Below are positions 1-9,700 of a stretch of DNA of 64,000 nucleotides, in pieces. Position 1 is the stretch's first letter. Each line of letters opens with the position of its first letter. Location of the stretch: IMG/VR virus record IMGVR_UViG_3300046507_000599; one strand, given 5' to 3'. The notes beneath the pieces are model-generated. The model was not told where the DNA came from and searched no databases. It saw only the letters and a list, made by a program, of their open reading frames with translations. Made by a program: the position numbers and the translations under genes. This DNA comes from an uncultured virus (IMG/VR IMGVR_UViG_3300046507_000599) (taxonomy: Duplodnaviria > Heunggongvirae > Uroviricota > Caudoviricetes).

Positions 1-77
1 CGAGTGGTTTAAGGCAACGGTCTTGAAAACCGTCGACTGTAACAGGTCCATGAGTTCGAATCCCATCGCCTCCGCCA
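1..77 (+). tRNA. tRNA-Ser(TGA), 5' end outside window
   Basis: D-loop AGTGGTTTAAGG, anticodon arm CGGTC-TTGAAA-ACCG, long variable arm, T-loop GTTCGAATC, 3' CCA at 75-77. Confidence 0.95.
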
Positions 78-78
78 T
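18..78 (+). repeat. attL core, 61-bp direct repeat
   Basis: Identical to 56109-56169. Confidence 0.95.
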
Positions 79-85
79 CTTAAGT

Positions 86-122
86 ACGACAAAGCCCTGA
101 TTATTCAGGGCTTTGTCGTTTC
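86..122 (+). terminator. Intrinsic terminator after tRNA
   Basis: ACGACAAAGCCCTGA-ttat-TCAGGGCTTTGTCGT hairpin plus T run; repeated at 56179-56213. Confidence 0.85.
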
Positions 123-154
123 TGGCGTCCTGAAAAATCTCCGCCTAGCCGAAT

Positions 155-189
155 GCGTTCCATAACTTTTGTGGACGCGTTCCATAACT
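155..189 (+). promoter_or_regulatory. Putative integrase arm-type sites (2x GCGTTCCATAACT)
   Basis: Direct repeats at 155-167 and 177-189; third copy at 55994-56006. Confidence 0.7.
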
Positions 190-288
190 CGACCGAGTTT
201 TCCCCTCTCCGGCGTCCTGCCAATAGTTAAAACACTCTTCATGTAACACGGTGCTACGCTGACTCCTTGGCTGCCAAGGAAACCAAAA

Positions 289-498
289 ATGCCCAACTCC
301 GACCTGCTCCCTTCCCTTCTCTTCAAAATCAACGAAAACCAACTCGCCCTCGAAGCCGCCATCATGGAGTTGTCGAACTGGGTCGAACAACGCGGATCGG
401 CAGACGTCGCCGAGAATGTGCGCGGCGCGCTCTGGGCGATCGACAAGAACGAAGAGTTCATCAAGATGACGCTTGCAGTGCTGATGACGCCCGACTGA
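289..498 (+). CDS. Hypothetical protein at prophage end
   Basis: 69-aa ORF with AAGGA RBS. Confidence 0.75.
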   Translation: MPNSDLLPSLLFKINENQLALEAAIMELSNWVEQRGSADVAENVRGALWAIDKNEEFIKMTLAVLMTPD

Positions 499-561
499 CG
501 AATAGACAGCCAGAACCGTTCGGAGATATCTAGGAATACGACTAGGAGGCGTGAGGGTCAA

Positions 562-747
562 ATGGACTTCATTTTCGATTTGATAGCTCATCGTGTTGGC
601 GTCTACGTACTGAGCCTCTTGAGTGGCGGCCGCTTCAAGGGAGAAAGTGGTTTTGCTTGGGGCTGGGCAGTTGTCGTCGGCGCGCTGATTCTGATCTCTC
701 CATTCGCAGCATTCATAGCCTTACTCATCTACACCAGTGGCCCGTGA
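562..747 (+). CDS. Small membrane protein
   Basis: 61 aa, hydrophobic C-terminal segment, GAGG RBS. Confidence 0.55.
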   Translation: MDFIFDLIAHRVGVYVLSLLSGGRFKGESGFAWGWAVVVGALILISPFAAFIALLIYTSGP

Positions 748-753
748 AGTGAT

Positions 754-850
754 GTCTCGCATGGGTCAATAACCGCTCTTCGCGACAGGCGCCAATCGGC
801 CCAAAAAGCTGACGGTACCTACAGGCAGCAATCGACCCACAGCTGCCATT
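754..850. repeat. Array of three ~34-bp-spaced imperfect palindromic units
   Basis: Units start at 754, 788, 824; best unit GGCAGC-N12-GCTGCC. Confidence 0.6.
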
Positions 851-881
851 TAGATCTGTTGTTATCTTTGTTAGAGCGGGC

Positions 882-1139
882 TTACCCGCGCGTAGGCTGC
901 TTGAGCAACGCACATACTCTTCGAGCGATCTCATCTGCGCCATCGGGAATGACCACTGAAATGCCTAAATAGTGTTCAAGGTGCAGGGTAAGCGTGTGTT
1001 CATCCACCACCAGATCCCAATAGCGCTGGTCCGGGCTATCGAGCCTCTCTTTCCAGCAACCGCCCAGCCCTTTCTCAAGAACCCGGGCCGCGTCCTCGAA
1101 AAGCTTCCAGTCGGCTTCTTCTGATACTTCAATCCTCAC
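882..1139 (-). CDS. Small hypothetical protein, DUF3630-like
   Basis: 85 aa; D..YWDL...LTLHLEHY pattern; GAGGTG RBS. Confidence 0.6.
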   Translation of the reverse strand: MRIEVSEEADWKLFEDAARVLEKGLGGCWKERLDSPDQRYWDLVVDEHTLTLHLEHYLGISVVIPDGADEIARRVCALLKQPTRG

Positions 1140-1188
1140 TATGCGTCACCTCACCACCAATAGTCCTCCGATTTTGGTGGCTCCTGCG

Positions 1189-1283
1189 AATGGCCGCAAT
1201 GGGTCGACACCTAGCGGTGAAGGATGACCGCTATTGTCCGGTAGCGGTCGCTTGCAAACATCCGCTTCTGGCCGAAAGTAGCC
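1189..1283. repeat. Second array of three 34-bp-spaced palindromic units
   Basis: Units start at 1192, 1226, 1260; best unit GACCGC-N12-GCGGTC. Confidence 0.6.
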
Positions 1284-1335
1284 GCACCGCTGCAGTTCGT
1301 CGCCTCACCCTCGCCCACCTGCCTCGCCTAGATTA

Positions 1336-1351
1336 CTGTACATGCATACAG
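1336..1351 (+). promoter_or_regulatory. LexA (SOS) box
   Basis: CTGTACATGCATACAG = CTG-N10-CAG, 25 bp upstream of ATG 1376. Confidence 0.75.
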
Positions 1352-1375
1352 CTTTTGTACAGCGAACCCCGCAGC

Positions 1376-2101
1376 ATGAATTTCGACCAGGCAAAAACCC
1401 TACGGCTCCAGCGATGGAGCGCGACTCTCGACGATCAGGACTTCCGTATGCAAAACCCAGAGGGGCATCGGGAAACCCTCCACGAGATGGCAGCTACGCT
1501 CCGCGATGAGGGCCTGATCGACCACCTTGAGCAATTCGACATGAACGAAATGGCAGACGCCGCGTACTGGCACGCCGTCGAGGAGCTGCAGAACTCGCCC
1601 GGGCACTACCGCGGCGCCTCGACCTATGATGTTGTTCAGATCGACAACGGGAGTCTGTTGGGCACTATCAGCCGGTCAATCTTCAACTTCGAAAGTGATG
1701 AACCGCGCGGCGCTTCCTTCGCTTACGACGGCAAGGTCTACTCTGACGCGGATGGTGTGCGGCTGACCTTGGGTCTTTCTCCGAAGATTGGGCGGATTTC
1801 AGGCCTGGTGCTGGAAATGAATGGTCGCCGATATCAGCTTATCGAGACCGAACGAATGATCGCCGGCGTAACGCACCGACCAATTTCCGATGCCGATGCT
1901 TACCGGGCGCTTATAGATGCAGCGCAAGTCGCACATGAAGAACGGGATCTGTACGCTTTTGAAAAGATGCGGCCTCACATTGAGTCGGCGGCCTTCTGCA
2001 TGTGCCCCACCTGCCTCGATCACTTTGATGCCCGGGAGGATTGTCCGACCTGCGCCGGAAAAGGTTTTGTAACGAAGCCCGCGCCGTCGGGTCTACGCTG
2101 A
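1376..2101 (+). CDS. Hypothetical protein with C-terminal CxxC...CxxCxGxG zinc finger
   Basis: ORF track; start moved to the ATG after the SOS box. Confidence 0.75.
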   Translation: MNFDQAKTLRLQRWSATLDDQDFRMQNPEGHRETLHEMAATLRDEGLIDHLEQFDMNEMADAAYWHAVEELQNSPGHYRGASTYDVVQIDNGSLLGTISRSIFNFESDEPRGASFAYDGKVYSDADGVRLTLGLSPKIGRISGLVLEMNGRRYQLIETERMIAGVTHRPISDADAYRALIDAAQVAHEERDLYAFEKMRPHIESAAFCMCPTCLDHFDAREDCPTCAGKGFVTKPAPSGLR

Positions 2102-2117
2102 TAGATCATGCGAGGGC

Positions 2118-2804
2118 TTGGCAATGTGCGGACGACTTTCCCAATACAGCGGCATTCACGACTTCGTGGCGGCGCTCAGCATGCCGAACGCCTTGGTCAA
2201 TTCGACCGGTGAGCAACCCTTCGAACGGTACAACGCCGCGCCGACTGCGCAGCTCGCTCTCTTTCACCAGGAAGGCCAGTTCCTGCACGCCGATATGGTC
2301 CGTTGGGGATGGCGCCCGCACTGGGCCAAGGATCGCGCGGCGCCGATCAATGCACGAGTTGAGAAAGTCGCCCACGGCCCGTTCTTCCGTCCCATCTGGC
2401 CGCACCGGGCGATCGTCGCGATCAACAACTGGTTTGAATGGGTCGAAGAAGGCGGGCCGAAGAAGCAGCCCTATCTGATCAGGCACCGGGACCAGTCACC
2501 AATCCTGTGTGCCGCCATCGGTCAATACCCGAACGAAGAGCACGACCCGGGCGAGCATGACGGCTTTGTGATCATCACAGCCGACAGCGCCGGGGGCATG
2601 GTCGATATCCACGACCGGCGGCCGGTGGCGTTATCGCCTGAACTCGCCCGGGAATGGCTGGATCCGGCCACTCCGAGAGAGCGCGCCGAACAGATGGTGC
2701 TGCACCAGGGCGAACCGACAGAGGTGTTCGAATGGTTCAAGGTTGACCGGGCCGTAGGGAATGTCCGAAACCAGGGCCCGGATCTGCTCAAGCCGATCGA
2801 TTGA
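2118..2804 (+). CDS. SOS response-associated peptidase (SRAP/YedK family)
   Basis: MCGR N-terminus (likely start 2124), RYNAAP, INARVE, WFEW, IHDRRP motifs. Confidence 0.92.
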   Translation: MAMCGRLSQYSGIHDFVAALSMPNALVNSTGEQPFERYNAAPTAQLALFHQEGQFLHADMVRWGWRPHWAKDRAAPINARVEKVAHGPFFRPIWPHRAIVAINNWFEWVEEGGPKKQPYLIRHRDQSPILCAAIGQYPNEEHDPGEHDGFVIITADSAGGMVDIHDRRPVALSPELAREWLDPATPRERAEQMVLHQGEPTEVFEWFKVDRAVGNVRNQGPDLLKPID

Positions 2805-3044
2805 TCAACTGTGCGTCAGCGTTTTCAAGCGCTCAACCAAAGCGGCTTCGAAAATGATGTACAGCCTTTCAGCATCGCCGTCGCGCAAAGCTCCGCCGGT
2901 TTCCAGCCCCAGCACGAAGCCATCCGCCCGTGCCCCCGCCTTCACAGCGATGATCATCGAATCAGCCCGGACAATCTGGGCCAGCAGCCGATCCGCTTCT
3001 CTCTGCATCTTCTCGCTCAGCACCACGCCTTCCAATTCAGCCAC
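2805..3044 (-). CDS. Hypothetical phage protein
   Basis: 79-aa ORF convergent with SRAP. Confidence 0.65.
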   Translation of the reverse strand: MAELEGVVLSEKMQREADRLLAQIVRADSMIIAVKAGARADGFVLGLETGGALRDGDAERLYIIFEAALVERLKTLTHS

Positions 3045-3056
3045 CTATTACCTTCA

Positions 3057-3143
3057 CTACGACATCCAATACATGACGGAAAGAACGACTGAAACCCAAA
3101 TAATCGTCATCAAAATTGAGTAGCCCGCCAGTTGCTTGTCCAT
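3057..3143 (-). CDS. Small hydrophobic peptide (28 aa)
   Basis: Hand translation MDKQLAGYSILMTIIWVSVVLSVMYWMS. Confidence 0.45.
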   Translation of the reverse strand: MDKQLAGYSILMTIIWVSVVLSVMYWMS

Positions 3144-3216
3144 GTTCACCATTCATCCCGTACGAGTCTAAATGATGGTTCACGGCTTGCGACCTCGCAA
3201 GAATGGCGCGGCGCCA

Positions 3217-3726
3217 TCACTCCTGCAGATTCTTCACATACGCCTGGCAAGCCTGCAGCGCGATCAATCCACGGTCGCCGGTGTCGGTGACGGCGATAAT
3301 TCGTTGAGCATGCGCCGGGTCAAGTCGGGCGCGTACGGCTGCATGATCCACGCCGCCGGCGCCGGCGGTGGCAGGCACGTCGCAGCCTTTGTCAACGTCG
3401 GTTGCGTCGAGGAGGACTGACAGCCGCAGATCAGAAGTAGCAAGACGATCGCGCAGGCGATCTTGGTCACGTTGGGCATCGGTCATTTTCTCGAAGTGAG
3501 TTTTCTCGCTGGCCGAAAGCTTCTGCTCGAGCGCCAGGCGCTTGTCCTGCTCGACCTGTTGGGCGGTAGCTGCAGCGATGGTCAATTGATTGAGGGTTTC
3601 CGCGCTCAGCCTCGCCTGCTCCGCCAACTGTTGCCCATAACGCCAATCCTGAAACTGCCAGGCGCTGCCGAAGCCGGCGAGCACCAGCGTAAGCGCACCC
3701 ACCGCTTTCCAAGCTACGACCATCAC
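3217..3726 (-). CDS. Rz-like inner-membrane spanin
   Basis: N-terminal TM, coiled coil, C-terminal LQACQAY; follows endolysin. Confidence 0.85.
   Translation of the reverse strand: MMVVAWKAVGALTLVLAGFGSAWQFQDWRYGQQLAEQARLSAETLNQLTIAAATAQQVEQDKRLALEQKLSASEKTHFEKMTDAQRDQDRLRDRLATSDLRLSVLLDATDVDKGCDVPATAGAGGVDHAAVRARLDPAHAQRIIAVTDTGDRGLIALQACQAYVKNLQE
3264..3479 (-). CDS. Rz1-like outer-membrane lipoprotein spanin embedded in Rz
   Basis: Lipobox ICGC, proline-rich mature part, alternative frame inside Rz. Confidence 0.8.
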   Translation of the reverse strand: MPNVTKIACAIVLLLLICGCQSSSTQPTLTKAATCLPPPAPAAWIMQPYAPDLTRRMLNELSPSPTPATVD

Positions 3727-4145
3727 GGCACATCCCTGAAGAACACGTGACCACCCAGCTTTAGAGTCTGTTTCGCTTTCGCGGTCCATGCCGGTGGCTT
3801 GATGCTGGTGGCGTAATAATGCGTGGCGCCGCCGGTTGGGTCGGGCACCTTGCTGTCGATCACCTGGTCAGCGGCGATACGACACTGCGCCAGCTCGCGG
3901 AACGGAATCTGCTTCACGCCGATCAGGAACTGATAGTTCGGGTCGGTCTTGTTCCAACAGCTGAACTGGTACTTCGCTTGGCACACGCCGGCGTAGCCCT
4001 CACCCCACCACGATTGTTCCCTCCCATCAAACACACGGTTGCGAATCGTCCAGGCCACACCGATCTGGCCGGCAGTCCCTTCGCCGCGAGCCTCGCCCCA
4101 CAGCGTGCGCGCGAGGATGTCTCGATCTTTTTCGGTTGCAGTCAT
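3723..4145 (-). CDS. Endolysin, SleB/Hydrolase_2-type cell wall hydrolase
   Basis: ARTLWGEARGE, QFSCWN, GGATHYY motifs. Confidence 0.9.
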   Translation of the reverse strand: MTATEKDRDILARTLWGEARGEGTAGQIGVAWTIRNRVFDGREQSWWGEGYAGVCQAKYQFSCWNKTDPNYQFLIGVKQIPFRELAQCRIAADQVIDSKVPDPTGGATHYYATSIKPPAWTAKAKQTLKLGGHVFFRDVP

Positions 4146-4201
4146 CACTATCTCCAGGCACAAAAAAACCGCCTCATGGGCGGCCGGGTGTTCGTCATTG
4201 A

Positions 4202-4438
4202 TCAGTTTGAAGTCGGTAATGGGTATCGCGCTTTGATCGCTGCAACCGATGTCACCCAAGGCGTGAAGTCAGGCTCAAGGCCTTGGCTCAATGCGTCGTA
4301 AGCGATCTCCAGACGTACCGGATCAGACTCCGCTTGATAGGCGGCGCGGCGCAGCGCGTAGACCGCGTCAAGTTCGGCCTTGAGCTGATCAGCTTTGCGC
4401 TGCTCGGCGGTGATCACTTTGCTGAAATCGATATTCAT
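4202..4438 (-). CDS. Tail fibre-associated small protein
   Basis: MNIDFSKVIT...AIKARYP, downstream of tail fibre. Confidence 0.7.
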   Translation of the reverse strand: MNIDFSKVITAEQRKADQLKAELDAVYALRRAAYQAESDPVRLEIAYDALSQGLEPDFTPWVTSVAAIKARYPLPTSN

Positions 4439-4725
4439 CGGGGCAGGCTCACTTCGCCGTCGGGCGGGTTGGCGATATCCGCCGGGAAGCACGCGGCCTC
4501 ACTGGCGCCCGTGGTGATCGGTAGCGACAGGGTGATTATAAGTTGGCCGCCGATGCGCTCGACAGGCGCAACGACACGTGCACAGCCAACTGCATCGGCA
4601 GGCAATGTCGCCCCGTCCGGCAATGCGGTGAAGTCGAAGGTCTCGCCATCGATGGTAAGCGCGTCACCGGATTTGAAAAGCGTCATGACGCCTTCCATTC
4701 GAATTGGTGAAAGTTTGATGATCAT
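4435..4725 (-). CDS. Tail fibre-associated protein
   Basis: MIIKLSP...GDALTIDGETFDFTALPDGATLP. Confidence 0.7.
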   Translation of the reverse strand: MIIKLSPIRMEGVMTLFKSGDALTIDGETFDFTALPDGATLPADAVGCARVVAPVERIGGQLIITLSLPITTGASEAACFPADIANPPDGEVSLPR

Positions 4726-4738
4726 TTTGTCTGCCTTT

Positions 4739-5740
4739 TTAGAACCAACGGCCTACTGCCAATAACCGGCAGCCTCGAGCAGTCGAGTCACTGTAAAAAG
4801 AAATCCTCAACCAACTGGCATTCACGTTAGTGGGCGCGCCTGCCAGCCCAATCACCCCGGCGCCGGAGTTGGGTGTGCCGGTTATCACCGGCTCTGTCCC
4901 GGAGGCGAAGGCCGCTGGGTATGTCCACGTCGAAGCACTACTTATCCAGCTGTTACCTGACACGGTTACGGCTCCAATACCCCCCGAGGAATACGTACAA
5001 ATCTGCGTCCCGTCGGCGAATCGGACCCAGTTGCCGTTGGCATTGGAGCCGCTCTCGACGACATTCCGACCGGCAAGCTGAAGTCCGACAGGAACGTTCA
5101 GTACGCCTGCATATGAGTAAGTCATGAACGGTCCGCCGGCGGTGTTGCCGGCATTCACTGAGCGCCAGCTGAAACCACCCGTCCCGCCACCCTGATTGCA
5201 GGTGAAGGACACAGCGCCCGACATGCCACTGCCATTTCCAGTCTCGTTCCATCCAAGGAAGCCGCCGCCTGCTGAAGGCACCGCGCCGGCGGTAACGCGC
5301 AGCGAGTTGAAAGCGGGCGCGTACGAGCCGCCCGCAGAGGGCATTGCGCCGATGCCGGCCAACAGCTCGGAATTGTTGTTCGCGGCGATCCCGGTTCCGC
5401 CCTTGCTCAACGGCAGAATGTCGTAGTTTCCGGTTGTGCCGAGGGCGGCCATTTTCGGGCCATAAGCGTTGACCCAGCTTCGCACCTCGTCACTCAAGGC
5501 TTTTTGGTAGCCTTGCACCGGAGCGACTGCATAGGTCGCATTCGACGCGGTTGGCCCAAGGTAAGGCGGGCTGATTGAAATCACCGTATCGCTCGCGAAA
5601 TTCGCAAGCTCATACAGACGCCCATCAGGGCCAATGAACGCGTCCCCGATGCGCGTGTTCGCTGCGAATGCAGTTCCGACGCCGGTGACAGTTGGTGAAT
5701 TTTGGGTGACAGAAACCATACCCAATCTGTGCCAGGCCAT
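4739..5740 (-). CDS. Tail fibre / receptor-binding protein
   Basis: Gly-rich; C-terminal ESGSNANGNWVRFADGTQIC...AVGRW domain. Confidence 0.85.
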   Translation of the reverse strand: MAWHRLGMVSVTQNSPTVTGVGTAFAANTRIGDAFIGPDGRLYELANFASDTVISISPPYLGPTASNATYAVAPVQGYQKALSDEVRSWVNAYGPKMAALGTTGNYDILPLSKGGTGIAANNNSELLAGIGAMPSAGGSYAPAFNSLRVTAGAVPSAGGGFLGWNETGNGSGMSGAVSFTCNQGGGTGGFSWRSVNAGNTAGGPFMTYSYAGVLNVPVGLQLAGRNVVESGSNANGNWVRFADGTQICTYSSGGIGAVTVSGNSWISSASTWTYPAAFASGTEPVITGTPNSGAGVIGLAGAPTNVNASWLRISFYSDSTARGCRLLAVGRWF

Positions 5741-5760
5741 GAAAGCATCCTTTAAATTGA

Positions 5761-6441
5761 TTAAGCGGCTTGTTTTGCGAAAACTGCTGGAAGGAAAAAA
5801 GCGAACGGATTTGATGCAGCAACAGTGATCGCGTAGAGCTTGTTGTTGGGAAAGTCCCACCAGCAGTAGAGGTTTCGGGGAATCCCGCTACCCGAAGTCA
5901 TGGGCATCCCAAACGTGTTCAGCAGCATGAATTCGTTCTCGGGAAAGTTGAACGGTACGCTGTAGAAGATTCGAGTAAGCCCTTGCTCAGATATGTCGTA
6001 GGTGACGTATGTCCAGTTCTGGAAAGCGCGAGTGAATGTTGCATTAGGGGTGCCGGAGTCAAACAGCAGCTTTCCAGCTCCATCCCACAATCGCATTCCG
6101 TATTGCCCGACAGGCTGAGCACCGAACGTCGCTACAAAATACCGGCCGTTCAGTGCGGCAGCATTTACGTCGTAAGCTCGGACATAGAACCCAGTCCAGT
6201 TTCCCGCCGAGCCGAGAAGCCTCATCTGACACAACCCTGCTACCCCATTGATGGTGTCGGGACGCACAAATACCAGAGGCGGCTCTTGGGACGTGACAGG
6301 CCTAGCGAAGGTTGTAACAGAGCCGAGCCCTTGTTCCTGCGTCGGCGCGTACCGACCCGACGCGATGACCATTAACCTAGAGAATTCAGAATCTAGAGTC
6401 ACCACGTTGTTGTTATTCGTAAACTGGACACCATAGGACAT
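5761..6441 (-). CDS. Putative tail tip accessory protein
   Basis: Position after J; YG..F repeats. Confidence 0.7.
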   Translation of the reverse strand: MSYGVQFTNNNNVVTLDSEFSRLMVIASGRYAPTQEQGLGSVTTFARPVTSQEPPLVFVRPDTINGVAGLCQMRLLGSAGNWTGFYVRAYDVNAAALNGRYFVATFGAQPVGQYGMRLWDGAGKLLFDSGTPNATFTRAFQNWTYVTYDISEQGLTRIFYSVPFNFPENEFMLLNTFGMPMTSGSGIPRNLYCWWDFPNNKLYAITVAASNPFAFFLPAVFAKQAA

Positions 6442-6764
6442 CAACTCCACCTCATTACGATCAAGCGCATCGTTCCGGACGAAACATTGCTAGCCGCGTA
6501 GGTTCGCGTGTGGTTATAAACTCGCGCCACACCATCGAGCATTTCAGTCTCGAACTGCATCTGATTACTGTCATATGTGCCGTTGGGTATTACGATAGCG
6601 GTTCCGTTTCCTGGGCCGACGCCGGGGACGGAGAAGTCCTGACTGCTTTTTGGCCCTACCGGAAAAGTTACCAGTGTCGACAGCACAACTCGAATCGTGA
6701 AAGAGTTTTCGTCTAGCTGGAGCGCCCCGTCGGCGCCCCAGATTCTCACGCCATAAGCACTCAT
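6441..6764 (-). CDS. Putative tail tip accessory protein
   Basis: MSAYGVRIW, translationally coupled to J. Confidence 0.7.
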   Translation of the reverse strand: MSAYGVRIWGADGALQLDENSFTIRVVLSTLVTFPVGPKSSQDFSVPGVGPGNGTAIVIPNGTYDSNQMQFETEMLDGVARVYNHTRTYAASNVSSGTMRLIVMRWS

Positions 6765-9700
6765 GCGTTCAAATTCCCCCACTGATAACGCTTGACGCCG
6801 TTCTCATCAAACACCTTGCCGCCGTTGTTGTTGATGGTTTGACGAGCGCCGCCGCCAAGAGGGCTGTTCAACTCGAAGTTGCCAGCCTTGTCGATGCGCC
6901 ATCCCTGTACGCCGGCGATGTAGTTATCCGACTGAATGAAGAAGCCAATCTTGGCGTTTCCAATCGAAGCGTCTTGGATGAAAGCAGCATTCATGAACAC
7001 CTGCCCGCCCTGCACTGCAAACGGTACCGCGATGGCGCCGCCAGCAATGGTGTTGACGATAGCGAACCGGTCAGCAGCAACTAGGAATTGACTCTGTAAA
7101 CCAGCCCCGGTGTTCTCGATCCCAAGGCCAATGCCAGCAGCGACGTACTGTCCGTTTGCCGTGACCTGCATCTTCACCGACCACATAGTCGTCAGCTTGC
7201 CCGCCGTATCCGCGTAGGCGGTGGACGTCTGCTGAATGGCCGCTGAGTTCTGATCAACCGAAACATTCAGCTGGTCAATTTTCGTCGCCGTTGCCGAAGC
7301 GTTGGTGGCCACCACCTGTTCAAGCTGGGTGATGTTGGCTTCGTTCGCGGCGATCTTTGCATCGAACGTGGTGATGCGCTGGGCGGTGGCTTCGTTTTCA
7401 GACGCCCTGACCTTGCTTTCAGTCGCTATCGACGCCGTGCTCGTCCAGCCCTTCATTGCGTCGGTAAGATCGCCAACCCCGTCATCCTCTCGATACGCCG
7501 CACGCAGAGTCTGCGTAGCCGATGCCTGCGCGGTGACAACCCCATCGAGTTCGATGATCTCGGCGGTGTTGGTCGCCACCTGCTGAGCAAGGCCATTCGC
7601 GGTTTCTACGGTCTGACCAACATCGAGCCAGTACGCAGGGTTTGGTGGTGGAGTTTCGACCGGTACTGGACCTGTCGCCTGATAGATGCGCTTGCCCTGC
7701 ACCACCAGGTCATACTCTTCGTAGGTGGCTTCTGGGTCGTAGCCTTTCAGCCCATCGAGCGCGTCGATTTGCGCCTGCAAGCCTGGGATCTTCTCGATTT
7801 CTGCCAGAAGGTCCTCACCGAGTTCTGTCTCGGTGATCTGTCCCGCGATCATTTCGAGAATTGCGGCTGCATCAGAACTGGATTGCCCCTGCACACCCAT
7901 ACCGATCGGATACCACGGCCCGATGTTGCCGATTTTGTCGACGATCCGGCCCCAGAAGTAGAACGTCACGCCAGCGCGCAGGCCGAGCATGGAGAAGTCA
8001 CTCTGCGGATAGGCCAAGTCAGTCAGCTTGGTTGCCGCTTCCAGCGAGGTCGTTGGCCCGTACCAGATCTCCGTGCGCTGACTGTCCTCGGCACCAGCAG
8101 GGAACCCCCACTTCAGGTAGATACCGAACAGCAGCGGAGTTGCGGTCAGGAACGCCAAGGCCGGCGGCAGACCCTGCTTCCCGCTGAGGTTCGTCAGGAT
8201 TGAGTTGCGCCACGGCGAAGTGATGTCGAACGCGCTCACCGCACGCACCCGCGCCACGTAGGCACCGGCATAGATACCGACCACGTCTACGTTGGTCATA
8301 CCTGTGCGCTGTAGTTTGATCCAGTTTCCGCTGTCCTTGCGCCATTCCACGTCGTAACCGACCGCGCCGTCCACGGCCGGCCAGCTTATGGTCATGGTGG
8401 CCACGGCCAGACCCTGCACGATCGACGACGTCGACGACAGTGTCACGCTCGCCGGCGCCGGAACAACGGTGATCGGGATGACGCTGATCGGGCGTTCTTC
8501 CAGGCGGGCGCCGGTATCGATATAGGCGAACTTGCTCGGCTCGAACTGCAACGCGCTGATTTCGTAGTCGCCCTCGGTAGTGCGCTTGGTGCGCAGCACA
8601 CGGTACAGCGGGATCGCTAGATCATCCGCATCGAGCGCCCATTGCAGTTGCGCAACCGGTGGTTCGCTGTAGGCAACTGTGACGGTCACCGCGCGGTCGT
8701 TGACGCTCTGCACTGTCCGACCTTCTGCGCGCCCACCCGGCAGGTTGATGATCAGCCGGTCGCCGGCCTTGGCCTGGGTATCGCGATCGAGCGTAATCAC
8801 CCGCCCCGCCACTCCCGAGATTCGGCCGCCGACTTCACGACCAGCGAGCAGCGAATCGGCAACCGGGATGATATGGCCAGGCAGCGGAATCACGCCTTCC
8901 ATGCCGGTCTTGAACGACACAGTGCGATCTTGGTTGTTGCTCAAAATCGCCCACTTGCCACGGCGCTGGGCCTCAGATGCGCGTGTGCAGCCAATGGCGC
9001 TCAGCTCGGTCGGGCGGTCGCCGTAGCGGCGCTGCAGATCCAAGTCAGCGAACGGAATGACGTCGGTGTCGTAGTTGTTCGCCGGGTTGTCATAGCTGAC
9101 CAGCGCCCGGGTGTAACGGGTCTTCGCCGGGGCGCTGCCATACGAGAATTTGCCATCGATGACGTTTGCCCGGGTGAAGACGTAGTCGAAGTCCTGCGCT
9201 CGCGGCATGTCTGCCTGCATCACCAGCTGGCCTTGCGCCCAATACGTCATTCCTCGGTAAATCGCCGAGATGTCGCGCAGCAATGACCACGCATCAGCCT
9301 TGCCCTGCAGGTTCATGTCACAGAGGAAGCGCGGCTCCTGCCCGCCCAGCCCGTTCGGCACCAACTGATCGCAGTATTGGGCGATGCGATAAAGCTCCCA
9401 CTTGTCGACCATGAACGGCTTGATGCGCTTGCCCAAGCCGAAGCGCTCTTCAGTGCAAATGCCGTAGGTGATCCACGCCGGGTTATTGGTCCAGGCCGAT
9501 TTCATCGAGCCGTCCCACGTCCCCGTATAGGTGCGCTGAATCGGGTCATAGTTGCTCGGCACCATCCAGCGCCGGGCCTTGCACTTCACGGTCACGGCCG
9601 GAATGTTGGTGAACTGCTCGGCGTCGAACTCGATGTAGAGCAGCGCGGTATTCGGGTAGCGCAGCTTGGCGTCGATGACTTCGGTATATCCGGCCACCAG

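Noticed and set aside
754..1283. CRISPR mini-array or integron attC sites
   Set aside because: Units are degenerate, mixed in orientation, have no unique 30-nt spacers and no GTT/AAC ends; no cas or intI gene
4739..5740. Diversity-generating retroelement or invertible tail fibre
   Set aside because: No reverse transcriptase, template repeat or invertase seen
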